A stretch of DNA of 54,117 bases from Lachnospiraceae bacterium (GTDB lineage: Bacteria; Bacillota; Clostridia; Lachnospirales; Lachnospiraceae): NCBI GenBank assembly GCA_024695575.1, contig JAILHY010000186.1:1-54117 (forward strand). Reading direction: 5' to 3'. The notes below the pieces were generated by a model that worked only from the letters and a program-made list of their open reading frames with translations, was not told the DNA's origin and did not search any database. Below, in pieces: positions 1 to 9,624 of this stretch (positions are counted from its first letter, which is position 1; the number at the start of each line of letters is the position of its first letter). Position numbers and translations under genes: made by a program.

Positions 1-14
1 AAACAGGAGGGAAA

Positions 15-1301
15 ATGAAAAAGATCAGATTTTTGACAGTTTTGTTAGCAACAGTTATGACATTTGCATGTGTTGCGGGGTGTGGGGAACAGACTTCCGT
101 AAGCGGAAGCGCAAAAGCAGGTACAGAGACAAAGAAGGAAGAAGCATCGAAGAGTAATGCGGGTGAAACGGTTACCATCACTTTCTGGCATACCTACGGT
201 GATTCTGAGGAGAAGGCTTTTCTGGAGGAGGTTCTTCCTCTTTGGGAACAGAAACATCCCGAGATTAAGGTTGAGGCTGTAAGACAGGATGGATCACAGT
301 ATCACGAGATGATAGTAACATCTTTCGGTACCGGAATGAGCCCGGATGTTGCGCGAGTTGATATCACTAATGTTGCGGCTTATGCAAATCAGGGCGGTTT
401 GGTTGCACTCAGTGATTACAGTGATTTTTCGGACATCAGCAAGGATTACCTTGAGGGACCCTTATCAACCAATCTCTTTAGGGGAAAGTATTACGGGCTT
501 CCTCTTGATACCAACTGTAAGGCCGCAGTAGTTAATCTCAACGTAATGGGTGAACTTGGATTATCCGAGGCTCCTTCAACCATGGAAGAGTTCATATCCG
601 CAGCTGAGAGCAGAGGTTCATATTCTCTGAACGTATCGGGTGTCGGTGACTGGGATATGTATCCGTATTTCTGGCTTTTTGGCGGTCAGCTTACCGATGA
701 CGGTTTCACGAAAGCGACAGGCTATCTTGACAGTGAAGCAAGTATTGCAGCCATTAAAAAGATTCTTGAATTACATGACAAGAAGATCTTTACCATCCGT
801 GATATTGACGGTTCCGTTGATGCATGGGACGGTATCAACAGTGAATATGCAATGTTCTTTGAAGGCCCCTGGTATTTTGGCTCATATGAAGATACTAAGG
901 CCAAAGGTATCGTAGCTGCAACGATTCCTACATATAACGGCAGAAGCGCTTCAGTAGTAGGCGGTGAGGATGTGGTCGTATTTGCAAACAGCAAAAACAA
1001 GGATGCAGCATACGAATTTGCCAAGTTCCTTACTTCTTCGGAAGCTCAGCTTGCACTCCTTAAGTCAGGACAGCTGCCTATCCTTAAATCATTGGTCAGC
1101 AACGAAGCTATTCAGTCAAATCCCGTCTGGTCTGTATACATGACACAGATGAATTCTGCTCTGGCAAGGATTCCTTCACCCAACAATTCTCAGATACAGG
1201 AAATCTGGAGTGAAGCTATCACCAACATTTTCCTTAACAATGCAGATGTGGAGGCTGAACTTCACAATGCAGCTTCTTTAATCGATGCACAGTTGAATTA
1301 A
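15..1301 (+). CDS. Carbohydrate ABC transporter substrate-binding lipoprotein
   Basis: RBS GGAGG at 5-9; signal peptide with lipobox VAGC; TITFWH, PDVARVD, YYGLP and AMFFEGPW motifs of sugar-binding proteins; two permeases follow. Confidence 0.93.
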   Translation: MKKIRFLTVLLATVMTFACVAGCGEQTSVSGSAKAGTETKKEEASKSNAGETVTITFWHTYGDSEEKAFLEEVLPLWEQKHPEIKVEAVRQDGSQYHEMIVTSFGTGMSPDVARVDITNVAAYANQGGLVALSDYSDFSDISKDYLEGPLSTNLFRGKYYGLPLDTNCKAAVVNLNVMGELGLSEAPSTMEEFISAAESRGSYSLNVSGVGDWDMYPYFWLFGGQLTDDGFTKATGYLDSEASIAAIKKILELHDKKIFTIRDIDGSVDAWDGINSEYAMFFEGPWYFGSYEDTKAKGIVAATIPTYNGRSASVVGGEDVVVFANSKNKDAAYEFAKFLTSSEAQLALLKSGQLPILKSLVSNEAIQSNPVWSVYMTQMNSALARIPSPNNSQIQEIWSEAITNIFLNNADVEAELHNAASLIDAQLN

Positions 1302-1314
1302 TCTGTTTTATGAG

Positions 1315-1338
1315 GCCCGCAGGTTGATTCCTGCGGGC
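1315..1338 (+). other. Stem-loop 3' of the SBP gene (mRNA stabiliser or partial terminator)
   Basis: Perfect 9-bp inverted repeat GCCCGCAGG-ttgatt-CCTGCGGGC with no strong U-tract, between SBP and permease. Confidence 0.7.
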
Positions 1339-1367
1339 AATTCTTATATCTGAAAGGCAGGTTCCTT

Positions 1368-2282
1368 ATGAAAAAAGGAAACAGATCATTTCGCGAGATA
1401 AAGACGGCGCTGCCATTTATAGTTCCCGGTCTTTTACTTGTATCTGTTTTTATTCTTTATCCAATGCTTTTTACTATACGCATTTCTCTTTCCGAGTACA
1501 GGATAGTTCAGGGAGAGATCAACTTTATCGGTCTTGAAAACTTTAAGAATGTTTTTGCGAGCGGTTCAAGGTTTTGGTATGCACTTAGGAATAACCTGCT
1601 GTATGCTCTTGTAACGATCCCGTTTATTACCCTTGGAGGCATGCTTTTTGCATATCTTGTAAATAATCTTAAGAAGGGTCAGGGGATCTTCAGGGTCGGA
1701 TTCTATCTGCCTGTGATCACATCATGGGTCATTGTCGCCCTTGTTTTCCAGTATATGTTCAACAATTCAAACAGAGGACTTATCAATTATCTTCTGGTAG
1801 ACGTGTTTGGTATCCTTGACGATTATGTGCCATGGCTCTTAAGAGAGTGGTCAGGTAATACCGCTATATGGATCATGGGCATATGGAAAAATACCGGCTG
1901 GGCGATGCTGATCTTTCTTGCGGGTCTTCAAGGCATTTCAAAGGATCTTTACGAAGCAGCATCACTGGACGGGGCAGGAATATTCAAGCGTTTCATCCAC
2001 ATCACTATGCCGTGCCTCAGGCCTGTTACGTATTACGTGGTGGTCAATATGATGATCGGTTCTTTTAATGTATTTATTCAGGTCCTGATGCTGACTGGCG
2101 GCAATCCCAACGGGCGCACATCTACGCTTCAATACCTGCTTTATGACAGGGCCTTTAATCAGTTCGATTTCGGCGAAGCATCGGCAATCGGTCTGGTTTC
2201 GGCAGTGATCATCCTGACCTTGACTCTTGCTTTAAACAATCAGTTGAATCTCGATAATGACGATACGGAGGAGACGACATGA
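1368..2282 (+). CDS. Carbohydrate ABC transporter permease (MalF-like)
   Basis: About 6 TM segments; EAA loop LYEAASLDGAG; FIGLENF motif. Confidence 0.93.
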   Translation: MKKGNRSFREIKTALPFIVPGLLLVSVFILYPMLFTIRISLSEYRIVQGEINFIGLENFKNVFASGSRFWYALRNNLLYALVTIPFITLGGMLFAYLVNNLKKGQGIFRVGFYLPVITSWVIVALVFQYMFNNSNRGLINYLLVDVFGILDDYVPWLLREWSGNTAIWIMGIWKNTGWAMLIFLAGLQGISKDLYEAASLDGAGIFKRFIHITMPCLRPVTYYVVVNMMIGSFNVFIQVLMLTGGNPNGRTSTLQYLLYDRAFNQFDFGEASAIGLVSAVIILTLTLALNNQLNLDNDDTEETT

Positions 2283-3154
2283 AGAATGGAAGCATGAAGA
2301 CTGCAGATGTTCTTTTGCAGATATTTATCTGGGTGCTTCTCATAGGAGCGCTGTTTGTTTTTTCCATTCCGTTTCTTTATATGATAACGAATTCCTTTGA
2401 GAAATTCAGTTATGTGCTTCCTTATCCGCCCAAGCTTTTCCCCACAAGGTTAAACTTCGCGGCGTACGGGCACATTCTCCAGATGGATATCTTCCCGACG
2501 GCGGTAAAGAACAGCCTGTTAAATACAAGCGTTGCCGTCCTTATCTCCATCTTTATATCAACACTATCTGCCTACGGATTTGCCAGGATCAAATTTCCTG
2601 GAAGAGATTTCTTGTTCAAGATCTATCTTTTTACGCTTATGATGCCGGGATTTCTGAATATTATCCCTCAGTTCCTGGTTTTACGCGGAATGAGATTACC
2701 CGGATTTGACAACGGCCTTGTAGGCACAAGAGCAGGATTGATACTCATTTACGTGGCCACAAATGTATGCGGACACACTTTTTTCTTAAGAAGTTTCTTT
2801 AGAGGACTGCCAAGGTCTCTTTCCGAATCGGTGTTGATCGATGGCGGCAGTCATGGGGATATATTCTTTAAGATCATGCTCCCTTTGTCCAAGCCTTCCA
2901 TAGGAACAATGGCGATCTTCGCTTTTCAGGGCTTTTGGGAGGAATATTTTACCGCGAAGGTCATTGTCGGAGCCAATGAAAAAATGATCACGTTGCCCCT
3001 TCTTTTGCAAAGGCTTAACGGAGAGCATGCCACAAGGTGGGAGTGGGTTTTCGCTGCGTCTTTACTGGCGCTGATCCCGGTAATAATCCTGTTTATAGTT
3101 TCGCAAAAGAAAATGGTTGTAGGTGGGCTCACTCAGGGCTCGGTGAAAGGATAG
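2279..3154 (+). CDS. Carbohydrate ABC transporter permease (MalG-like)
   Basis: TM segments; AYGFARIKFPGR; EAA-like LSESVLIDGG; C-terminal GSVKG; ATGA overlap with the upstream permease. Confidence 0.93.
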   Translation: MKNGSMKTADVLLQIFIWVLLIGALFVFSIPFLYMITNSFEKFSYVLPYPPKLFPTRLNFAAYGHILQMDIFPTAVKNSLLNTSVAVLISIFISTLSAYGFARIKFPGRDFLFKIYLFTLMMPGFLNIIPQFLVLRGMRLPGFDNGLVGTRAGLILIYVATNVCGHTFFLRSFFRGLPRSLSESVLIDGGSHGDIFFKIMLPLSKPSIGTMAIFAFQGFWEEYFTAKVIVGANEKMITLPLLLQRLNGEHATRWEWVFAASLLALIPVIILFIVSQKKMVVGGLTQGSVKG

Positions 3155-3159
3155 TATAG

Positions 3160-4764
3160 ATGTTTGAGTTTTCTTTTACAAAGGCACAGTACCTGCAGGG
3201 CGAGGACGTGGTCATGCGGTGCAGGGGAAACTGTGAGAATATAGATGTTAAACTGTTTAAACTTGCCGATGAAATAGAGGCAGATTCGATAATTGAAAAA
3301 GAAAGTGTCATTATCCGAGGCCTTGATGCGGGTAATTACGGCATACTCATAAGTCAAAACGGCGAAACATGGGAAGGCGCCTTTGACGTTGTTACCGATG
3401 CAAGAACTATTGTAAGATACGGGTTTCTTTCCGACTTTTCTGCAGCGGATGCAGGAACAGATGATGTTGAATGGATGAAGGATCATCATATTAATGCGGT
3501 TCAGTTTTACGACTGGATGTATCGGCACGATGATCTTATCTCAGAGGATGATGAATACGAGGATCCCTTGGGAAGGAAAATGTCACTTCCCGTGATCCTG
3601 GAAAAAGTAAATGCGTGCAAAGCGGCGGGTATAAGGCCGTTTGCCTATGGAGCTGTATATGCTGCGACAAAAGATACTTTTTCAAAGCATCCTGAGTGGG
3701 GCATGTACACTTTGGACAAAGAACCTATGGTCTTTGCGGACTGGCTACATTTCATGAATATATCTCCCGAGAGTGGCTGGACAAAGCACATCCTGGACGA
3801 ATATAGAAAAGCTATAGAATTCGGCTTCGAGGGTATTCACATGGATACCTATGGTTTTCCCAAGCAGGTGTGGGACTCACAGGGCAAACGGATCGAACTT
3901 GAAGAGGAATTTCCCAAGCTCATAAGAACGGCGGCCGATATCGTAAAAGAAGCAGACAACAAAGCCGGAGTTATCTTCAATGCCGTAAACAACTGGCCTG
4001 TTGAAAGTGTTGCGGGGGAAGATCAGGATTCGGTTTACATAGAGGTCTGGCCCCCTAATGACACGTATTACGATCTTTATCTGCTTATCAGGGAAGCCAA
4101 GCTTTTATCCAAAAAGAACGTTATTCTGGCAGCTTATCTTAAGCCTTTCCTGGAAGAGAACATCAAAAAGGCAATGTCATCCTGGCGTCTTGCCTGGGCA
4201 GTGATAGGCGCAGCAGGCGGTACTCAGCTGGTTCTAGGTGAGAACCGCGGGATCCTTAGGGACAGTTATTACGTAAATTATGCGGTAGCGGATGAAAGAT
4301 ATGATAAGACTGTCAGGAATTACTGCGATTTTCTCGTAAGATATGCGGATCTTCTTTATAACGATCAGGGTAAGGACATAACAAGAACCGCTTCCGGCGG
4401 CATAAACGAAGATATCTGCTTTGATGCAGGTCATGTCAGGGTTTCCGACAATGCCGAATCCCAGACCGTGTGGGCCATAATCAGAAATTCCGAAAGCAGG
4501 ATCTCGGTTAATCTGATCAATCTTACAGGGAATAGTAGCGACTGGAATAAGCCCAAGAATGAGCCTGTGGAGGTTTCTGATATTGAAATAACCTTCAGGC
4601 TTGACAGTGAGATCAAGGGAATTTATGTTTCATCGCCTGACAAAGAAAGCATAGCTCCGATTGTTTTGGAGTATTCATGCGAGAAAACGGGTCAGGGGCG
4701 TATTTACCGGGCTAAGATCGACCAGATAAGTTATTGGTCTGTCATCTGGATAGAAAAAGAATAG
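3160..4764 (+). CDS. Glycoside hydrolase family 66 (dextranase/CITase-like), no signal peptide
   Basis: GH66-type motifs RYGFLSDF, HINAVQFYDWMYRHD, GFEGIHMDTYG, YIEVW. Confidence 0.85.
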   Translation: MFEFSFTKAQYLQGEDVVMRCRGNCENIDVKLFKLADEIEADSIIEKESVIIRGLDAGNYGILISQNGETWEGAFDVVTDARTIVRYGFLSDFSAADAGTDDVEWMKDHHINAVQFYDWMYRHDDLISEDDEYEDPLGRKMSLPVILEKVNACKAAGIRPFAYGAVYAATKDTFSKHPEWGMYTLDKEPMVFADWLHFMNISPESGWTKHILDEYRKAIEFGFEGIHMDTYGFPKQVWDSQGKRIELEEEFPKLIRTAADIVKEADNKAGVIFNAVNNWPVESVAGEDQDSVYIEVWPPNDTYYDLYLLIREAKLLSKKNVILAAYLKPFLEENIKKAMSSWRLAWAVIGAAGGTQLVLGENRGILRDSYYVNYAVADERYDKTVRNYCDFLVRYADLLYNDQGKDITRTASGGINEDICFDAGHVRVSDNAESQTVWAIIRNSESRISVNLINLTGNSSDWNKPKNEPVEVSDIEITFRLDSEIKGIYVSSPDKESIAPIVLEYSCEKTGQGRIYRAKIDQISYWSVIWIEKE

Positions 4765-4781
4765 TTTGTCGGAGGATTTCA

Positions 4782-5675
4782 ATGCTCTTTTCGTATGATG
4801 CCGGTGTTTTACCGAGAGTAAGGATGCTTGGGCGTGTAAGGTACAGTGAGCCCTGGATGCATTTTTCAAGGCAGATCGACGAATTTGTCCTTTATGTTAT
4901 CAGGGAAGGCAACATGTATATAAGGGAAGATGGTAAAGAATATCATTTGAAAAGTAATGATTTCTTTTTGCTTGAACCTGGTCTGCTTCACGAAGGATAT
5001 ATGAAAGCAACCTGCGACTATTACTATGCCCATTTTTCGCATTCGGCTCTCAAAAGAGTGAAGGATGAAGCTTCAGCAATGGAGGAGCTTGCCGATAAGC
5101 GAAGAAGGACCATGGTAAGCTACAATCTTGATGTGGAAGATCCCACGGACTCCATTACCTATATTCCCAAACAGTTTTCCGTAAGGGAGATCGATTTCAG
5201 AAAGATCCTGGCAGGTGCTGTTGAGGAATATGATGCAAGAGAAGAACACTATCGTAACAGAGTTTCAACCGTTCTTCATTCTTTTATCCTGGATCTGGCC
5301 CATGAGCATCTCCTTAATGAGTGGACAGGAAAAAAGCAGATCACCAAGGCGGAGGTGGTGGCTGAACGACTGATACGATACCTTAATCAGAACTATTCAA
5401 AACCCCTTACGAGCAGGGAGATAGAAGACAGGTTTGACGTTAATTTTGATTACATCAACAGAACCGTGTCAAAGATGACGGGATATACGATTTTTGCTTA
5501 CTTAAACGACCTAAGGATCAATAATGCCAAGCAGCTTATAGCAACGACCGATCTTCCCTTTAACGAAATAGCGTATTACGTGGGAATTGAGGACCGGTAC
5601 TATTTTTCAAAACTATTTAAAAAACTGGCAGGCATGACCGCAACCGAGTATTATAAACGATCAAGAGAGAGATAA
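4782..5675 (+). CDS. AraC family transcriptional regulator
   Basis: Start moved from 4734 to the ATG at 4782 behind GGAGG (4771); N-terminal cupin-like domain; C-terminal double HTH (EIAYYVGIEDRYYFSKLFKK...GMTATEY). Confidence 0.92.
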   Translation: MLFSYDAGVLPRVRMLGRVRYSEPWMHFSRQIDEFVLYVIREGNMYIREDGKEYHLKSNDFFLLEPGLLHEGYMKATCDYYYAHFSHSALKRVKDEASAMEELADKRRRTMVSYNLDVEDPTDSITYIPKQFSVREIDFRKILAGAVEEYDAREEHYRNRVSTVLHSFILDLAHEHLLNEWTGKKQITKAEVVAERLIRYLNQNYSKPLTSREIEDRFDVNFDYINRTVSKMTGYTIFAYLNDLRINNAKQLIATTDLPFNEIAYYVGIEDRYYFSKLFKKLAGMTATEYYKRSRER

Positions 5676-5700
5676 GCCGGGCTTTATGCCCGGTTTTTTA
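5676..5700 (+). terminator. Rho-independent terminator
   Basis: CCGGGC-tttat-GCCCGG followed by TTTTTT immediately after the araC stop. Confidence 0.85.
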
Positions 5701-5737
5701 TTGTTCTTTTTCCGTTTTAAAGCTTATAAGAATAGAA

Positions 5738-5766
5738 TTGCCGATGATGTATAAATGGCGTAGAAT
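5738..5766 (+). promoter_or_regulatory. Sigma-A-type promoter
   Basis: TTGCCG-17 bp-TAGAAT upstream of the RBS AAGGAG and the ATG at 5793. Confidence 0.6.
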
Positions 5767-5792
5767 ATTGCTATGGAAAGGAGACTTGCACT

Positions 5793-6626
5793 ATGAGATT
5801 GGGAACATCTTCACCGTTAAGTCATAGTTCCGCCAAAGAGTGGGCGGATAATCAGGTCAAACTTGGTTGTGGCACCGTTGTCTTTCCTGTACAGAGTGAC
5901 GCACCTGAATCAAAGATAATTGAATATAAGGAGGCTGCCGACAAGGCTGGGCTTTCCATAGCGGAGGTCGGGATCTGGCGTAACGCACTTTCAAGGGATC
6001 ATGATGAACGCAAAAAGAACATGGACTATTGTGTAGAGCAGCTTAAACTCGCCGATTACGTGGGTGCGAGATGCTGCGTTAACGTTGCCGGTGCCTTCGG
6101 GCCTGTCTGGGACGGCGGCTATAGGGAAAACTTCACTAAAGAGGCAAGAAAAGAAACAGTCTGCATGGTCAGAGAGATCATAGACAGGGCGGATGTTAAG
6201 AACACTTTCTTTTCCCTTGAACCCATGCCATGGATGATCCCCACGGGACCGGATGATTACCTCAGACTCATCGAGGAAGTCGACAGAGATAGATTTGCTG
6301 TACACATGGATATAATCAATATGACAAGCTCCGCAGAAAGATATTTTAATGCGATCGAATTTGTGGATGAGTGTGCGGAGAAGCTTGGTAAACTCATTAA
6401 GAGCTGTCATGTAAAGGATGTACATTTAGGGTCGGCATATACCGTCAGATTGGAGGAGTGTGCTCCCGGATGCGGGGAATTCCCCTTAAGGCATTACGCT
6501 GAGAAAATGCATGAACTGGATGCCGACATGCCTATGATCCTTGAACATCTTAATACAGACGAAGATTATCTTAAGTACATGGCATATTTAAAGGAGGAGT
6601 TCAATGGACTATACAAGACTCTCTGA
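5793..6626 (+). CDS. Sugar phosphate isomerase/epimerase (xylose isomerase-like TIM barrel)
   Basis: Metal ligand pattern LEP...HMD..N...CHVKD...ILEH. Confidence 0.85.
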   Translation: MRLGTSSPLSHSSAKEWADNQVKLGCGTVVFPVQSDAPESKIIEYKEAADKAGLSIAEVGIWRNALSRDHDERKKNMDYCVEQLKLADYVGARCCVNVAGAFGPVWDGGYRENFTKEARKETVCMVREIIDRADVKNTFFSLEPMPWMIPTGPDDYLRLIEEVDRDRFAVHMDIINMTSSAERYFNAIEFVDECAEKLGKLIKSCHVKDVHLGSAYTVRLEECAPGCGEFPLRHYAEKMHELDADMPMILEHLNTDEDYLKYMAYLKEEFNGLYKTL

Positions 6627-7503
6627 TCCTAATGTTATCACGGAGAAGTACATGGATTCGATCCTTATCGAGGAACGGTTGATAGATTCCGTTGTTGCAG
6701 ATACTTCCACGGAGTTTTTCGGCGTGAAGTTTGATTCTCCCGTTATGACTCCTGCTTTTTCCCATCTTAAGAATTACGATGGAAGAGAATATAACGGGCT
6801 GGAGGAATATTCTTTTGCCGCAAAAGAATGTAATATTCTCAATTTTTGCGGTATGATGGAGAATGATCAGTTCAAAAGAATTGTCGATACGGGCGCTAAG
6901 ACCGTACGCATAGTCAAGCCTTATGCGGATAATGCTAAGGTTAAGGATCAGATGCAGTTTGCCGAATCCGTCGGTGCCTTCGGCATCGGAATGGACATAG
7001 ACCACATTTTCGGTGAGGACGGACTTGATGTTTGCGTAGGAGAAAGAATGGCCGAACAGACATCTGACATGCTTTGCTCTTATGTGGAGCTTACTAAATT
7101 GCCCTTCGTGGTAAAGGGTGTTCTCAGCGTTACGGATGCGGTTAAGTGCGCTGATATCGGCGCCAAGGCCATTATTGTAAGTCATCATCACGGAAGGATG
7201 CCTTATGCAGTGCCGCCTATGATGATACTTCCGAAGATCAAAGAGGCACTTAACGGACGTGACGTCAAGATCATCGTTGACTGTGGCATAGCTTCGGGTG
7301 CCGATGTTTTTAAGGCACTTGCACTTGGTGCGGACGGAGCCGCAGTTGGACGCTCGATGCTTCCTTCTCTTGAAAAAGAAGGAGTGGCAGGCGCTTCGAA
7401 CTTCATACGGAAGGTTGGCCGGGAACTGAGATATATCATGAGTTTCACGGGCTTTTCGAAAATCGAAGACATCAACGATTCCGTGCTGCATTTTTGCAGG
7501 TAA
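6604..7503 (+). CDS. FMN-dependent alpha-hydroxy-acid oxidase/dehydrogenase family protein
   Basis: LPFVVKGVLS, IIVSHHHGR, VDCGI, DVFKALALGADGAAVGR; RBS AAGGAGG at 6591. Confidence 0.85.
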   Translation: MDYTRLSDPNVITEKYMDSILIEERLIDSVVADTSTEFFGVKFDSPVMTPAFSHLKNYDGREYNGLEEYSFAAKECNILNFCGMMENDQFKRIVDTGAKTVRIVKPYADNAKVKDQMQFAESVGAFGIGMDIDHIFGEDGLDVCVGERMAEQTSDMLCSYVELTKLPFVVKGVLSVTDAVKCADIGAKAIIVSHHHGRMPYAVPPMMILPKIKEALNGRDVKIIVDCGIASGADVFKALALGADGAAVGRSMLPSLEKEGVAGASNFIRKVGRELRYIMSFTGFSKIEDINDSVLHFCR

Positions 7504-7537
7504 AAGAAAGTATGAAAATCAAATCAAAGGGGAATTA

Positions 7538-8035
7538 ATGGGAATGAAAGCATATTTCGCAGGCGGTTGTTTTTGGTGTGTAACGCCTATCTATAAGATT
7601 TACGGCGTTGATAATGTTGTAAGCGGTTATTCTGGAGGCGATGAAAAGTCTCCGACATATGAAGATGTCAAGGCTCAGAAAACCGGACATAGGGAGACTA
7701 TTATGCTTGAGTACGATCCCGGGAAGGTTTCTTACTCGCAGCTTCTTGAAATCTATCTTGCAAATGTGGATCCCTTTGATCCGGAGGGACAGTTTATTGA
7801 TAAAGGTTTCTCCTACACGCTGGCAATTTATTATTCATCGGAGGAAGAGAAGCAGATTGCCGAGAGTATGATCGCCGGGCTTTCTGAGAAGACGGGTAAG
7901 AAGCCTTGCATTTCAATAGAGCCTTTTAAGAGTTTTTACGAGGCAGAGGAATACCATCAGGACTATTATCTTAAAAATCCCGAGGCCTTCGAAAAAGAAA
8001 TGATCGAATCGGGTCGCAGGGCTTTTAAGAGTTAG
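7538..8035 (+). CDS. msrA: Peptide-methionine (S)-S-oxide reductase
   Basis: AGGCFWC active site; SGYSGG, TGHRE, GQFIDKG, FYEAEEYHQDYY. Confidence 0.93.
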   Translation: MGMKAYFAGGCFWCVTPIYKIYGVDNVVSGYSGGDEKSPTYEDVKAQKTGHRETIMLEYDPGKVSYSQLLEIYLANVDPFDPEGQFIDKGFSYTLAIYYSSEEEKQIAESMIAGLSEKTGKKPCISIEPFKSFYEAEEYHQDYYLKNPEAFEKEMIESGRRAFKS

Positions 8036-8060
8036 TACGATAATATCCGGAGTGTTTTAG

Positions 8061-9587
8061 ATGGCGCAGATACAAGTGACAGATCTTACTTTTTCATATG
8101 ATGGGAGCTTCGACGACGTTCTTAAGGATGTTACCTTCAGTGTAGATACGGACTGGAAATTGGGGCTTATCGGAAGGAACGGAAAGGGTAAGACGACTCT
8201 TTTGAACCTGTTCATGGGAAGATACGATTACCGGGGTGCCATCAAGTCGAGTACCCGTTTCGACTATTTCCCTTATCAGGTTACGGAATCGGATCTTAAG
8301 CAGAATGCCGTAGATCTGTTGGAAAAATGGAAGCCGCAGATCGAACTGTGGCAGGTCATGGTTCAGATGAACGAACTTTTAATGGATCAGGAATGCCTGT
8401 ATCGGCCGTTCGGTACGTTAAGCTTTGGCGAGCGTACAAGAGTCATGCTGGCAGTTTTATTTGCTGCGGAGAATGAATTTCTTTTGGTGGACGAGCCGAC
8501 TAACCATCTTGACAGCAGAGCGCGGGATATTGTGAAGTCGTATCTTGCTTCAAAGAAGGGATTCATTCTTGTTTCCCATGACAGAGACCTGCTCGATGGA
8601 GTATGTGATCATGTACTAGTGCTCAACAGGTCTACGATCGAGGTTCAGGCCGGGAACTTTTCAAGCTGGTGGGAGAATAAAGAAAAGAAGGATGCTTTTC
8701 AGCAGGCTGAGAACGAAAAGCATTTGAAAGAGATAGGCAAGTTAAAGGTGGCGGCGGACAGGACTAGCCGCTGGGCCGACAAAAGCGAGAATTCAAAGAT
8801 CGGATTCGATCCTGTGAAGGAGCATGACAGAAGCATTTCCACCAGGTCTTTTATCGGTGCCAAGACCAAGAAGATGCAGTCCAGAGTCAAAGCATATGAG
8901 ATGCGCATCGACCGTGAGATTGAGGAAAAAGAAGGTCTGCTTCAGGATATCGAGAAAGTGGTGGATCTAAAGATCGAACCCCTTAAGTTCCATAAGGAAG
9001 TGCTCATTGATGCAAGAGACCTGGGGCTTAGATATGAGAGCGCGGAGAGTGAACTGTTTGAAGGCTTGCGGTTTCAGGTAAAGCGAGGTAACAGGGTCAT
9101 TCTGTCAGGGGAAAACGGATGCGGCAAATCCAGCATTCTTAAGGCTATCTTGCATAAAGTAAATGCCGGTGAGGATCCGGGACTGGTGGTATCAGGAAAT
9201 CTTGATGTTGCTACAGGCATGACGATATCGTATATTAACCAGGATACTTCTTTTTTAGAGGGATCTTTGCAACGGTTCTGTGAGAGAAGGGGGCTTAATG
9301 AAAGTCTGCTTCTTGCAGTACTTAGACAGCTTGATCTGGGGCGAGAGCAGTTTGTCAAAAACATGGAGGACTTTTCCGAAGGTCAGAAAAAGAAAGTCCT
9401 TATTGCTGCCAGCCTTATAACCCCGGCCCATCTTTATATCTGGGATGAACCCTTAAACTTCATCGATGTGTTTTCCAGGATGCAGATCGAAAAACTTATC
9501 CTGCAGTATAAGCCCACTATGTTGCTTGTAGAGCATGATATCAGATTTCAGGAAAAAGTAGGTACAAGTGTTGTAAAGATAGGTTAA
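8061..9587 (+). CDS. ABC-F ribosome-binding ATPase, Lsa-like ribosomal protection subfamily
   Basis: Two NBDs (GRNGKGKT/VDEPTNHLD; GENGCGKS/WDEPLNFID) and no TM segment; N-terminal LTFSYDGS...VDTDWKLGLIGRNG and GNFSSWWENK recall Lsa proteins; extended inter-NBD linker. Confidence 0.85.
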   Translation: MAQIQVTDLTFSYDGSFDDVLKDVTFSVDTDWKLGLIGRNGKGKTTLLNLFMGRYDYRGAIKSSTRFDYFPYQVTESDLKQNAVDLLEKWKPQIELWQVMVQMNELLMDQECLYRPFGTLSFGERTRVMLAVLFAAENEFLLVDEPTNHLDSRARDIVKSYLASKKGFILVSHDRDLLDGVCDHVLVLNRSTIEVQAGNFSSWWENKEKKDAFQQAENEKHLKEIGKLKVAADRTSRWADKSENSKIGFDPVKEHDRSISTRSFIGAKTKKMQSRVKAYEMRIDREIEEKEGLLQDIEKVVDLKIEPLKFHKEVLIDARDLGLRYESAESELFEGLRFQVKRGNRVILSGENGCGKSSILKAILHKVNAGEDPGLVVSGNLDVATGMTISYINQDTSFLEGSLQRFCERRGLNESLLLAVLRQLDLGREQFVKNMEDFSEGQKKKVLIAASLITPAHLYIWDEPLNFIDVFSRMQIEKLILQYKPTMLLVEHDIRFQEKVGTSVVKIG

Positions 9588-9624
9588 GGCGGAAATAACT
9601 ATAAGATTTGTTGGAGATAATGGT

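Noticed and set aside
4734-4781. ORF-track N-terminal extensions (araC 4734; also 19749, 23954, 24120, 29513, 29980, 44910)
   Set aside because: Downstream starts have proper SDs and avoid overlaps with neighbouring genes or regulatory elements
6601-7491. 296-aa minus-strand ORF
   Set aside because: Antisense shadow of the well-supported FMN oxidase gene; no motifs and no RBS
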